Positions 1 to 9,393 of a DNA stretch of 64,000 nt are shown here, piece after piece. Source of the DNA: an uncultured Candidatus Poseidoniales archaeon (GTDB taxonomy: Archaea > Thermoplasmatota > Poseidoniia > Poseidoniales > Thalassarchaeaceae). The stretch is taken from positions 3,006 to 67,005 of the forward strand of contig CAZNVK010000004.1 in the NCBI GenBank assembly GCA_964576865.1, given 5' to 3'. The first letter of the stretch is position 1. Every line of letters begins with the position of its first letter. The translations under genes and the position numbers were made by a program. The notes under the pieces are model-generated. The model made no database searches, was not told where the DNA came from, and saw only the letters and a program-made list of their open reading frames with translations.

Positions 1-279
1 GGGGTCTCAAACTCCTCTCTTCTCATCGGAAAAGAGGCGACTGAGGCCTTCACAGGAATGGACCAAGACCAGATTAAAGATGCAATCGGCGCAAATACGC
101 ACGCGGGATACATCTCGACCCTTCGCGAGCGATTCCTCGCCCGAAAGCTGAACGTGAACGGACGAGCGATGGTCGACAGTCAAGGTGCCATTTTGATGGC
201 TGATTCCGTCGAACTCGACACGACTACGGCAGAAGAAGCAGCCAGAGACGTCATGTCTCGCTGGGGGGTGATTCTGTGA
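1..279 (+). CDS. Replication protein A large subunit, C-terminal fragment (5'-truncated by window edge)
   Basis: Frame 1 is open from base 1 (GVSNSSLLIGKEATEAFTGMDQDQ...LNVNGRAMVDSQG) to TGA at 279. It overlaps the start of an RPA2-family gene, the usual archaeal rpa operon layout. Confidence 0.6.
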   Translation, partial: GVSNSSLLIGKEATEAFTGMDQDQIKDAIGANTHAGYISTLRERFLARKLNVNGRAMVDSQGAILMADSVELDTTTAEEAARDVMSRWGVIL

Positions 280-1238
280 TGTCTCAACCAGCCCGCCGAA
301 CCCGCCAGACGGCGATCCGACTCTTCGCACAGGAGTACATGGATGCGAATCTTCCAGAGGAGGGCGCAGGAGAGTACGACCCCTCCTTCGTCATCACCAA
401 ACTCGGAGCCAAGGTCAACCGCGCCCTTGTCGGCGGAGTCATCGACCGAGTTGAGCGCCGTGAAGCCGACTCGGGCTCATTCTACACCGCTCACCTTCGC
501 GACCCTACCGGGACTCACCGCTTCGAGGTCGCCTCTTTCCAGCCGGAATTGCACGCTGATATCGAGGAGATTCTCAATCGCTTCGAAGCCGGCGACCGTT
601 TCCTCATGCTGATAGTGGGTCGCGCCCGATGGTTTGAGACCGAGGACGGCGGAATTTACACCTCATTCCGCGCCGAGGAATTCACCATCGTCGACAAAGA
701 ACGCTACACCCATTGGCTCGTCGAGACGGCCGCAGCGACCCTTCGCCGCCTCGACGCCTTCGAAGCCTCGATGGAATCCGACCTCACACCTGCAGCCCTA
801 GAGGCTTCGGGAGTCCCAGCCGACCTCGTCGACGGCATGATTCTCGCACGAGGTCATTACGGAGAATTCGACACTGAGAATTACCGCGTCGGTGTTCTCC
901 AAGGACTCTCGATGGCGACCGGTTCAGACATCATCATCGACGCCCCACCGAATGCTCAACCTACGCTTGAGCAAGCTGCTGATTCGCCAGCAGCCGATGC
1001 TATCGACGCAACCCAAGAGGCCGCACCAACTCCAACGGAGGACGTCGGTGAAATCCTCCTCGAAACAATTCGAGCCAGAGATTCGGGTGACGGAGTCGAT
1101 TACGACACGCTCGTTCACGCGGCGGTCATGGCTGGCCACAGCCGCGAAGCAGCCGAAGACGCGATCGACAACCTGCGAGATATCGAAGGCTCAATCATCG
1201 AGCCAAGATTCAGCTTCTTTCGACTAACTCCTGAGTGA
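276..1238 (+). CDS. RPA-associated / RPA2 (RPA32-like) OB-fold protein with C-terminal winged helix
   Basis: N-terminus RQTAIRLFAQEY...YDPSFVITKLGAKVNRALVGGV matches the archaeal RPA-associated (COG3390-type) OB fold. An acidic Ala/Pro linker leads to a ~65-aa helical WH-like C-terminal domain. Confidence 0.8.
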   Translation: MMSQPARRTRQTAIRLFAQEYMDANLPEEGAGEYDPSFVITKLGAKVNRALVGGVIDRVERREADSGSFYTAHLRDPTGTHRFEVASFQPELHADIEEILNRFEAGDRFLMLIVGRARWFETEDGGIYTSFRAEEFTIVDKERYTHWLVETAAATLRRLDAFEASMESDLTPAALEASGVPADLVDGMILARGHYGEFDTENYRVGVLQGLSMATGSDIIIDAPPNAQPTLEQAADSPAADAIDATQEAAPTPTEDVGEILLETIRARDSGDGVDYDTLVHAAVMAGHSREAAEDAIDNLRDIEGSIIEPRFSFFRLTPE

Positions 1239-1254
1239 TCAGAGTCTCATGCAA

Positions 1255-2271
1255 TTATCGGAGTCCAGCGATCAACTGCTCCGCCTCGGTCATCTTGGCG
1301 CGGATGCGGGCAATCGCGTCGGAATCTGCAACTGCGGTCCGCGGCGCACTCACAGGAGTAGCACCGACCTCTTGGAAGGCAACATCCCTAGCGCCCTTCG
1401 CCTCGGCGATTCGAGCAGCCACGAGCAAGAGACGAGTGCTGACCCCCTCATCATCAACTGGCCAGCCACGCCGCACAGCGATGCGCAGAAACAAATCCTC
1501 TTCCGGAGCAGACCAACGTCCGCCGTGGCTATTCAGAATGGTACCAATCATCCGCTCGATATCCTCGATCATCCCCGCAAGCGTCCCCAACGCCGAGGAT
1601 TCACCCTTCCCCTCAGAAGCAGAGAGCATGTCTGTCGCATCTTCCAACAGATGAGGTGCTACAGGAGCGAGAAAGTCCAAAGGCTCGTCGGGAACCTCGA
1701 TGACAATCACATCCCCCGATGCAACCTCGTCGTCCACATCCTCAACGACACCAGAAGGCGCAGTGACCCCACCAGCTTCTACCGCAACATCCGGCAAGCC
1801 ATTCCGCCTCAGTGAACGCTTGATCTGCCCCCAACCGCGACCTTGACTCGCGAGAACACCAGCGACCCTCCCCATCAGAACGGTTCGAGTCCCGGTCAAC
1901 TGCAATTCCAACTTCCGACAAAGTCCATGCAATTTCTCTCGTTCCATCTCGGCGAGATTCTCAACAGTCAACCGCCGAGAGTCATGATTCAGATGCAACC
2001 ACAAGCGCTGTCGCCGCTCCTTGTGCGAGCCAGACGACTTGATTCCGAATACCTTGAGCGTCTCACCCAATTCCTGATGCGACATCGCCTGAATCCCATC
2101 CCAACTCAGATCGTACTCACCCATCACCTGATTTCGAATCAATCGAGCGCGCACGACCTCGACCGACCCATTCTTCGGCAATCCAACAGCCTCGGCGCGC
2201 TCGCGCAGCTCGACCAAACGAGCCCGATACAACTGGTCGAGCAATACCAGATCAACCGACATCAGAACCAC
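1255..2271 (-). CDS. Protein with three SAP-like DNA-binding motifs
   Basis: Three helix-extended loop-helix repeats: LVELRERAEAVGLPKNGSVEVVRARL, HQELGETLKVFGIKSSGSHKERRQRL, REKLHGLCRKLELQLTGTRTVLMGRV. Confidence 0.7.
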   Translation of the reverse strand: MVLMSVDLVLLDQLYRARLVELRERAEAVGLPKNGSVEVVRARLIRNQVMGEYDLSWDGIQAMSHQELGETLKVFGIKSSGSHKERRQRLWLHLNHDSRRLTVENLAEMEREKLHGLCRKLELQLTGTRTVLMGRVAGVLASQGRGWGQIKRSLRRNGLPDVAVEAGGVTAPSGVVEDVDDEVASGDVIVIEVPDEPLDFLAPVAPHLLEDATDMLSASEGKGESSALGTLAGMIEDIERMIGTILNSHGGRWSAPEEDLFLRIAVRRGWPVDDEGVSTRLLLVAARIAEAKGARDVAFQEVGATPVSAPRTAVADSDAIARIRAKMTEAEQLIAGLR

Positions 2272-2363
2272 CGATACGACCGCAGCCGCACCCCAGCCGT
2301 CTTATCGCTTACCCATCGGAGCAACCATCCCATGCCGATTAGCAAGGAGGCCGCCCAAAGCCG

Positions 2364-3434
2364 TCACTCTTCGAGATCTATCCAAGCAGAAGTAGCCGGC
2401 CCTTCGCGAGGATGAGCCGGCAAATCGCTGCCCACACTCTCCAACATCTTGTCCCAATCATGCGAAAGTGAAACCGTGGCACTCTCCATCTTCGCCAACG
2501 GAACCACCCGCTCGGCAGACAAAGTGTGCCAACCATTGTCAGAAATCAACTCCAAGCGAATCTCGACATGAACCTCGGTGCCGGTCATCTCACCCTCCGG
2601 ATCGTGAAACGTCGACTCCATCGCCAAATCGTAATTCTCCTCGGCTTGACGCATCAAAGCACCAACCTGTCGGTGACGAACCAGCAAAGCAACACGGTCC
2701 AATTCAGCGGCAGACAAGCCACCCACCAAATTGTCATGAACCCACCAAACCGTCTCACCCTCACGCTCGGACAACCGCTCAACCAACCCTCGAGGGAATC
2801 CCGTCCGCGCGATTAGCACGATCAGGTCAGCATAGGGCACGGGCAGGTAACGGTCACCCTCGCGCTCGGCAGGATCGACCCCCAGAACGTGGCGCCGTGC
2901 CCCGGTTCGAATCGAATCATAAACCTCGCGCGAAGTAACAAAACCATCGATCTCGCCGCGCGCACGCAACCCCTCCATCCAAACAGCAAGCTCGCGCGAA
3001 TCGCCAGGAATCTCACCCAATTCATGAATCCCAGCGTAGGCTGCAGGGGAAAGAACTCGCAAACCACGACGTGCGCGCCGAAGCTGACGCCGAACAATCC
3101 TATCCTCACACAGGATAATCCCGCCCTTCGGCTGATACCAGACCCTGTCCTCACTGACCAGAACACGAGCCAGCCGACGAGGAACCCTCGCACCGATCAC
3201 CTGGCAGCCCGCGCCAAGCATATCGATCTGACGTCCATGAAGCAACCATCCTGGAACCGCCAACACATCCACATCCCCATCGCTGAGCACAGCAAATCCA
3301 GCCTCCAGAGAGGACACGGCGACCAACTCAAGCTCGATATCGGTCGCCGCCTCAGAAGCTGCAAACTCCTCAAGTCGCCTCGAAATGACGCAGTGCGGGT
3401 GGTCCAGTGTAGCGACGTTCAGTCGGTTTTCCAC
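2364..3434 (-). CDS. HemC (porphobilinogen deaminase)-fold protein lacking catalytic residues
   Basis: Colinear with HemC along the whole length (e.g. [27 protein letters not shown] vs [35 protein letters not shown] vs [17 protein letters not shown] vs SLPAVGQG). Start reassigned to GTG 3434, with SD GAGGTG 6 nt upstream. Confidence 0.65.
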   Translation of the reverse strand: [356 protein letters not shown]

Positions 3435-3523
3435 AGCGTCCACCTCAGGGGGGGAGCACGCAACGTGCCCATCCGCGCGGCCGCACACCCGTTGATATAG
3501 GCAACCCCTCACGACGAAACGCC

Positions 3524-4504
3524 ATGGTCTCACTCAGGAAGGCTCGCCGGGGCTTGAAAAAGCGTCGCGACCTTGTCGAGGAGGCTCTCGAAAATCTCGT
3601 GCAGGAGCGCTTGAGCAAGAGCGACGCGCCTGCTATGAGCCTGGCTCGAGATATTCTGCTGGCGGGAGGCAAGAGGTACAGGCCGATTCTTGCTTTGCTC
3701 GCATACGAGGCCGCCGGCGGCGAGGACGAGGAAGCGGTGATGGATCTAGCACTCGCCGGCGAGTTGATTCACACAGCGACTCTGGTTCACGATGATATCT
3801 ACGATCAATCGAAGACGCGTCGAGGAGTTCCGACGTTACATTCGACGCACGGGATTTCACATGGTATAATTTCGGGCGATTATCTCTTTGTTCTGGGATT
3901 TGGGCTGGCTGGTCGATGCGATGAACAGATCGTCAATCGGATGATGGAGACGTGTGCGAATATCGCATCGGGAGAGTTGCTTCAGTTCAATCATATTGGG
4001 GACCTCGGAACTACTCCTGAGGATTATTACGCGATAATCGATGGAAAGACTGCAGGGCCATTCGCCAGTGCTTGCGCCTGTGCTGCTATGTACGCGAGTG
4101 CACCAGATGATTTGGTCGAGACTCTGAGTGAATTCGGTTGGGAGGTCGGCAGGGCCTTCCAATTGGTCGATGACCTACTCGATCTGACAGGCGACCCCTC
4201 GATGGGTAAGCCGCGTGGAACCGATGTTCACGATGGAAAGATGACCCTGCCGATTATTCACGCTCTGACGATGCTACATGGAGTTGAGCGTGAGCAACTC
4301 GCCGATGTTTTGCAGAATTTCAGCGATGACCGATGGGGCGAGTTGACGGAATTGTTGGAGGGTGCTGGTTCATTCGATTACGCGGGGCAATTGATTGAGA
4401 ATCACATCGACCGCGCGTTCGCAGCGCTGAGCGGATTGCCCGATACCGAGGCGAAGGCGCTGATGTTGGAAATCGCCAAGCGCTCGCGCAGTCGACGGAC
4501 CTGA
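3524..4504 (+). CDS. trans-Polyprenyl diphosphate synthase (IspB/HepT-like, medium/long chain)
   Basis: GGKRYRP, first Asp-rich motif HTATLVHDDIYD followed by RRG, KT motif, second motif FQLVDDLLD, and DxxxGK. Confidence 0.9.
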   Translation: MVSLRKARRGLKKRRDLVEEALENLVQERLSKSDAPAMSLARDILLAGGKRYRPILALLAYEAAGGEDEEAVMDLALAGELIHTATLVHDDIYDQSKTRRGVPTLHSTHGISHGIISGDYLFVLGFGLAGRCDEQIVNRMMETCANIASGELLQFNHIGDLGTTPEDYYAIIDGKTAGPFASACACAAMYASAPDDLVETLSEFGWEVGRAFQLVDDLLDLTGDPSMGKPRGTDVHDGKMTLPIIHALTMLHGVEREQLADVLQNFSDDRWGELTELLEGAGSFDYAGQLIENHIDRAFAALSGLPDTEAKALMLEIAKRSRSRRT

Positions 4505-4538
4505 GGTGTCGGGAGAGGCTGCGCGCCGGGTGATTCTG

Positions 4539-5654
4539 ATGTCGGAGTTAACTGAGTCGGAGCGAACCGATTGGGATGTCATCGTCATCGGAGGTGGTCC
4601 TGCCGGTTCGACCGTCGCGCGCTACGTGGCTGAGGGCGGGCGCGACGTTCTGGTAATCGATGGGCGTGAGTCGATTGGCTCGCCGCTTCAATGCGGGGAA
4701 TTGGTCCCGACGAACGACGAGATGCGCAGGCTCTGTCCAGACGTTCCCGACATCGACGATTTGCTGCAGACGCCCGAGCATGCGATTTCGATACGCACCA
4801 GCGAGATGCATCTCGTTCCTCCTTCAGGAAAGCCCCTTCGTTACCCCTTCGAGGGCTTGATGCTCAACCGTGTGGCTCACGATGAATGGCTGGTCGATTT
4901 GGCCAAATCGAAGGGGGCGAATTACCTGACGAGCGCGCGCGTGGAGTCCGTTGATGGCGAGCGCGTCATCTTGCGCGATGGGCGCGAGTTTAGTGCGCGC
5001 GTGATCGTCGGCGCAGGCGGTCATAATGACCCACTGCGCCGCAGTCATTGGGATGAATCTAGCCTCAAAATTCCCATAAAATTCGTCTTGATGGACGGTG
5101 ATTTTGGCGATGCTGTCGAACTCCACTTCGGCGGAATGGCTCCGGGTGGGTATGCCTGGATGTTCCCGAAGTCCGATGGCGCCAATATCGGAGTGGGGAT
5201 CCAGAATAGATTCGCCAAGGGTCGCTCGCTCAATCTCTTCACCGACGATTTCGTCGGACGCTATGACGGAGCCATCACTTTCCAGGGTGCCGGCTCGCTT
5301 CCGATGTCGGGAACGATTGACACCTTTGTCAAAGGAAATCACCTACTCGTTGGCGACTCGGCCGGAATGGTTCTGCCATCAAACGGAGCCGGAATCACCA
5401 TCGCGATGATCGGTGGTCGAATCGCAGGCCAAGCAATAGTCGCTCACCTCGAATCGGGCGCATCACTGCTAGAGTACGAGCGTGAGTGGAAGCGTCAGAT
5501 GGGCAGGGTGATGCGCAATTCGAAGCGCTCATTCAGAATCGGCAGCTGGATTATGCGTCTGCCGGATTGGGTCCTCAATCTCGCATTCAATCCGCTGACC
5601 AAGCCATTCATCTGGCGCTTCGTCACCTGTCGGAAACCTTTCTTCATCTTCTGA
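4539..5654 (+). CDS. Geranylgeranyl reductase family FAD-dependent oxidoreductase
   Basis: VIVIGGGPAGS dinucleotide-binding motif, CGE, GYAWMFPK, LVGDSAG...P..GAGI. ATG at 4539 follows a GGGTGA SD-like sequence. Confidence 0.9.
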   Translation: MSELTESERTDWDVIVIGGGPAGSTVARYVAEGGRDVLVIDGRESIGSPLQCGELVPTNDEMRRLCPDVPDIDDLLQTPEHAISIRTSEMHLVPPSGKPLRYPFEGLMLNRVAHDEWLVDLAKSKGANYLTSARVESVDGERVILRDGREFSARVIVGAGGHNDPLRRSHWDESSLKIPIKFVLMDGDFGDAVELHFGGMAPGGYAWMFPKSDGANIGVGIQNRFAKGRSLNLFTDDFVGRYDGAITFQGAGSLPMSGTIDTFVKGNHLLVGDSAGMVLPSNGAGITIAMIGGRIAGQAIVAHLESGASLLEYEREWKRQMGRVMRNSKRSFRIGSWIMRLPDWVLNLAFNPLTKPFIWRFVTCRKPFFIF

Positions 5655-5693
5655 CTCAATGGGTATCCACTGATTCGTCGTTGTGCAAGTCAA

Positions 5694-6449
5694 TCAGCAG
5701 TTTGAACAGCAACCGGTTTTCGGTTCCGGCTTCGTCCCTTCCCAGATAGTCGCCATGCCAGGGAAGATTACCTTAGCACGCACATCGACGAAGCCGACTT
5801 CCTCGAGCATCCGAACATATTCCTTCGTCGTCCCAAAGTGGACGTAGGTCTTTGTCAGCCATTTCCACGGGTGGTCGCTCACACCACAAACGATACGCGC
5901 GTAGGCCCCGACCCAGACGCGCATCCACAGCCATCCGAACAGACCGTGCAGACGGTTCATCTTCGCAGGGTCCACGATCACCACACCCCCACCGGGTCGC
6001 AGCACACGCAAGACCTCGCCCAACCCTGCGCGCTTATCGTACCAATCACGGAATGAGAACAACGAGCACGCCGCGTCGAATGAGTCCGCCTCGAAGGGCA
6101 ATTCCTCAGCGGTGCCGAGGACGAATTCGACCAGGGAATCGCCGCGAGACTCACGCGCCGAATTGACTCGCGGTCGAGCCGCCTCAAGCATCAATTCGCT
6201 AGGGTCGAGACAGACCAAGTCGCAACCAACAACATCCTCAGCAAAGCTTCCCGGTCCACAGCCGACCTCCAGCACGCGCCCGCTCACCGAGTCGCCCTCA
6301 CCGGGCAAGCGCTCACGCACCGCGCGCCGCCAATTAGCTACCTGTCCAAGGGTGGCGAAGCGATTGATCCGGTCGTAGACCGGAATCGTCGCTTCGAGAT
6401 TCCGCATCAACTCCTCCCAATCGCCTGAACCGATGGTTTCGGAGTCCAC
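5694..6449 (-). CDS. Class I SAM-dependent methyltransferase, UbiE/MenG-like
   Basis: YDRINRFATLG...WRR, VLEVGCGPG motif I, AEELPFEADSFDA, and EVLRVLRPGG. Confidence 0.8.
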   Translation of the reverse strand: MDSETIGSGDWEELMRNLEATIPVYDRINRFATLGQVANWRRAVRERLPGEGDSVSGRVLEVGCGPGSFAEDVVGCDLVCLDPSELMLEAARPRVNSARESRGDSLVEFVLGTAEELPFEADSFDAACSLFSFRDWYDKRAGLGEVLRVLRPGGGVVIVDPAKMNRLHGLFGWLWMRVWVGAYARIVCGVSDHPWKWLTKTYVHFGTTKEYVRMLEEVGFVDVRAKVIFPGMATIWEGTKPEPKTGCCSNC

Positions 6450-6579
6450 GAAGGCGCTCTGCCGAGGTCCCGTATTTGGTAGGTTTGGGGGGGCCGGCCG
6501 CCGACTGGGCGAATAGCGAAAGCGAATGAACCGAAGGTTAGCATGATATACCCTTCTTCGGTCGCGCCCATCACCGAAG

Positions 6580-6903
6580 GTGAATCAAATGGGTCACGCA
6601 GATGTTCTCCGCACCATTAGGGAAGCAGAAGACGCCGCTACCGCGACGATCTCGAAGGCTGAATCGAAGGCATCGAGCATCGTCCAGAAGGCGCGGCTCG
6701 AAGCTGCTGAATCAATTCAAGCGAGCCGCGCAGAATCGGAGTCCGACGCTCAAAAGATCGTCGCCGATGCTCGCGCCGCTGCCGAGAAGGAAGCGGCAAA
6801 GGTCGCGGCGGATGGGGACTCATCGATCGATGCGATTCACTCGAGCGGTGAGAAGAACCGCGCGAGGGCAGTGAGCAAAGTGCTCGACGCCTTCCGCGCC
6901 TGA
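6580..6903 (+). CDS. atpH: A1AO ATP synthase subunit H (peripheral stalk)
   Basis: Ala/Glu-rich coiled coil (LRTIREAEDAA...) and first gene of the ATP synthase operon. The true start is probably ATG 6589. Confidence 0.85.
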   Translation: MNQMGHADVLRTIREAEDAATATISKAESKASSIVQKARLEAAESIQASRAESESDAQKIVADARAAAEKEAAKVAADGDSSIDAIHSSGEKNRARAVSKVLDAFRA

Positions 6904-6925
6904 ATCCACACGCTAAATCGGGAGG

Positions 6926-8965
6926 TTGCGAAGCATGTCACAGGTCCAGACGCGTCAGATGGGTCGCCTCGTTGCGGCTGGCGTCAAGGACGATCTGGAT
7001 GATGCTCTCGCCGTCCTCGCTCGCCTCAAGGCTCTCCACTTCATCGATTATGATGGGGCCGAGGACGGCTTGTCTCTCGGTACTCCCTCTGAGAAGGCCG
7101 ACGAGATTGGCCGCGTTCTGAACAAGGTTCGAGCAGCGGCCTCCCAGGTCGAGGCCAGCGGACCAACCGATGCTGTGCCCGCTGCCGGAGTTCGTGAATC
7201 GATTGATGGTGACCTGCCCGAGAAGGTCGACGCTCTGCTCGGACAGGTCGGTCGCATCGACGAGATCGATGCGAGCATCGCCTCGAAGAGCGAGGAGGAA
7301 TCGGTTCTCTCACAGATCGCTCCTCTCGGCGTCGATGTGGAATTGCTGAGTGGTTACTCATCGCTCACTACCTTCATCGGTACCGTGAGCGATGTTGCCG
7401 CGGCTCGCGCCGCGGCAGAAAACGGACTTTTCATCGATGGCGGAGACGTCATCGCAGTCTTCGTCCGCACCGATGACGCCTCCGCGACTTCAGCCGCCCT
7501 GCAGGCGGCTGGCTTCGCCGCAATCCAACTCCCAGAAGGCTCGGGCGACTCGACTGTCCGCATCAACGCCCTGGCGGGTGAGCGAGTAGAATTACTCAAC
7601 GAGCGCGAGGACCTCTCCACCTCTGTCGAATCCTGGACCGAGGAGAACGGAGAGGCTCTGCTCTGCGGACTCGAGGTCCTCGAGCGCGACCATGAGTTGA
7701 CCACTTCACCGGTCAAGGTCGCAGTCTCCGAGCACGCCTTCGTCATCGACGGCTGGGTCGAGATGGACCGCGCGCACGACATCAGCGTCGCCCTCGGTAA
7801 CTCATGCATTGTGGTCGACATCGAGCCCTTCGTCATCGAGGCGGGCGGCGGTCATCACGACCACGACCACCACCACGAGCCTGTCTCGCCGCCAATCGCC
7901 TTCCAGCCACGCTCGAGGACCAAGCCTCTCGAACTGGTCACAGACATGGTCGGTCGACCTGGCTACGGCCGCCTCGACCCGACCGTTTTCATGTTCTTCA
8001 CCTACCCTCTATTCTTCGGATTGATGCTCGGTGACATGGCCTACGGATTGGTCACGATGGGTCTCGGTTGGCTCCTTCTCTCAAAGGCTGGAACCAATGA
8101 AGGTCTCAAGTTGGGCGGTCGCTTCCTGCTGCTGATCGGCACCGCGACCGTACTCTTCGGCTACATCTACGCAGAATTCGCCGGATGGGAAATCTTCCCG
8201 CACCACGGTCACAGCCCGGTCGAGTGGATGCAGGCTCTCTATCCGGCGGTTGACTCGCACGGCTACGCATTCAAGGCAAAGTTGGGTTACAACATCACTT
8301 TCGCCTTCCCGTTCCACCGCGTCTCTAGCAACCTGATGGATCTCATCATCCTCACCCTCTACATGGGCTGGATACACGTCATGGTTGGCCTCATCATGGG
8401 CTTCCGCGATGTCCTCCTGGTCGGTAACGGACACGGCGGGATCGGCTGGGTTGCAGCCTTCTTCGAGAAGGGCGCCTGGATGATTCTGCTGGTCGGCGGG
8501 CTTCTCTTCACGCACGCGTACATAGGTTCCCACGGGGAATTCATGGGCGCGGGCGTGGCTTTGATTGGAATTGCTACGGTCTGTTTGATGTGGACTTTGT
8601 ACCGCTATCACGGCCTCGATTTGCCGATCGCCTTGATGATGGGTCCAATCGAGGCGCTCGGCATGATGCCGACCATCATCTCCTATGTTCGACTGTTCGC
8701 GGTTGGCGTTGTCGGAGTCAAGATCGCAGAGACCGGCAATCACATGTTCTTCGACAATATTTCCCTCGACGAGCCATTGATGGCCGTCTTACTCTTCATC
8801 GGCTGGTTCGTAGTCCAAGCATTCGCTTGGATTCTCGGCGTTTTCAGCCCTAACATCCACGCGGCCCGTCTGCACATGGTCGAGTGGATGAAGCAATACT
8901 ACGATTCCAGCGGCAAGCCGTTCTCGCCCTTTGGCGGGACTTCGCGCTTTGTGGAGGGTGAGTAA
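6926..8965 (+). CDS. atpI: A1AO ATP synthase subunit I (a)
   Basis: Soluble N-half, then DPT...FPLFFGLMLGDMAYG, multiple TM helices, ISYVRLFAVG (essential Arg), IHAARLHMVEW, and Y...GKPFSPF. Confidence 0.95.
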   Translation: MRSMSQVQTRQMGRLVAAGVKDDLDDALAVLARLKALHFIDYDGAEDGLSLGTPSEKADEIGRVLNKVRAAASQVEASGPTDAVPAAGVRESIDGDLPEKVDALLGQVGRIDEIDASIASKSEEESVLSQIAPLGVDVELLSGYSSLTTFIGTVSDVAAARAAAENGLFIDGGDVIAVFVRTDDASATSAALQAAGFAAIQLPEGSGDSTVRINALAGERVELLNEREDLSTSVESWTEENGEALLCGLEVLERDHELTTSPVKVAVSEHAFVIDGWVEMDRAHDISVALGNSCIVVDIEPFVIEAGGGHHDHDHHHEPVSPPIAFQPRSRTKPLELVTDMVGRPGYGRLDPTVFMFFTYPLFFGLMLGDMAYGLVTMGLGWLLLSKAGTNEGLKLGGRFLLLIGTATVLFGYIYAEFAGWEIFPHHGHSPVEWMQALYPAVDSHGYAFKAKLGYNITFAFPFHRVSSNLMDLIILTLYMGWIHVMVGLIMGFRDVLLVGNGHGGIGWVAAFFEKGAWMILLVGGLLFTHAYIGSHGEFMGAGVALIGIATVCLMWTLYRYHGLDLPIALMMGPIEALGMMPTIISYVRLFAVGVVGVKIAETGNHMFFDNISLDEPLMAVLLFIGWFVVQAFAWILGVFSPNIHAARLHMVEWMKQYYDSSGKPFSPFGGTSRFVEGE

Positions 8966-9008
8966 TCACATGGCACGCCGCTGATACCATATAAGGAGGA
9001 AAAAGGAA

Positions 9009-9347
9009 ATGAAGACAACCGCAATGAAAGGACTGAGTGCACTGTTCGTCCTGTTCGTCGTCGCAGCATTCGCGACTGGCGTTCAGGCACAGGATGACAC
9101 CACGCACGCAGATGAAGGAACAAGCGACAACACCGCAGGCTATGCCGCTCTTGGAGCAGGCTTGGCCCTCGGTCTCGCTGGAATCGGAACTGGCCTCAGC
9201 CAGGGACCAATCGGAGCAGCATCCGTCGGTATGATCGCCGAGGACGCTGGCCGCCTCGGTCACGCGATTCTGTTCACTGCTCTGCCGGAGACCATCGTCC
9301 TGTTCGGTTTCCTCGCGATGTTCCTGATGCCAGGCCTTGCGGCTTGA
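9009..9347 (+). CDS. atpK: A1AO ATP synthase subunit K (c, proteolipid) with N-terminal signal peptide
   Basis: One Gly-rich hairpin, GAGLALGLAGIGTGLSQG...ALPETIVLFG, with the carrier Glu. The N-terminus is a hydrophobic leader ending VQA. Confidence 0.95.
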   Translation: MKTTAMKGLSALFVLFVVAAFATGVQAQDDTTHADEGTSDNTAGYAALGAGLALGLAGIGTGLSQGPIGAASVGMIAEDAGRLGHAILFTALPETIVLFGFLAMFLMPGLAA

Positions 9348-9393
9348 GTATCTCGCGAGAACCGAGATAGAACGAATCACAACACGAGGTGAG

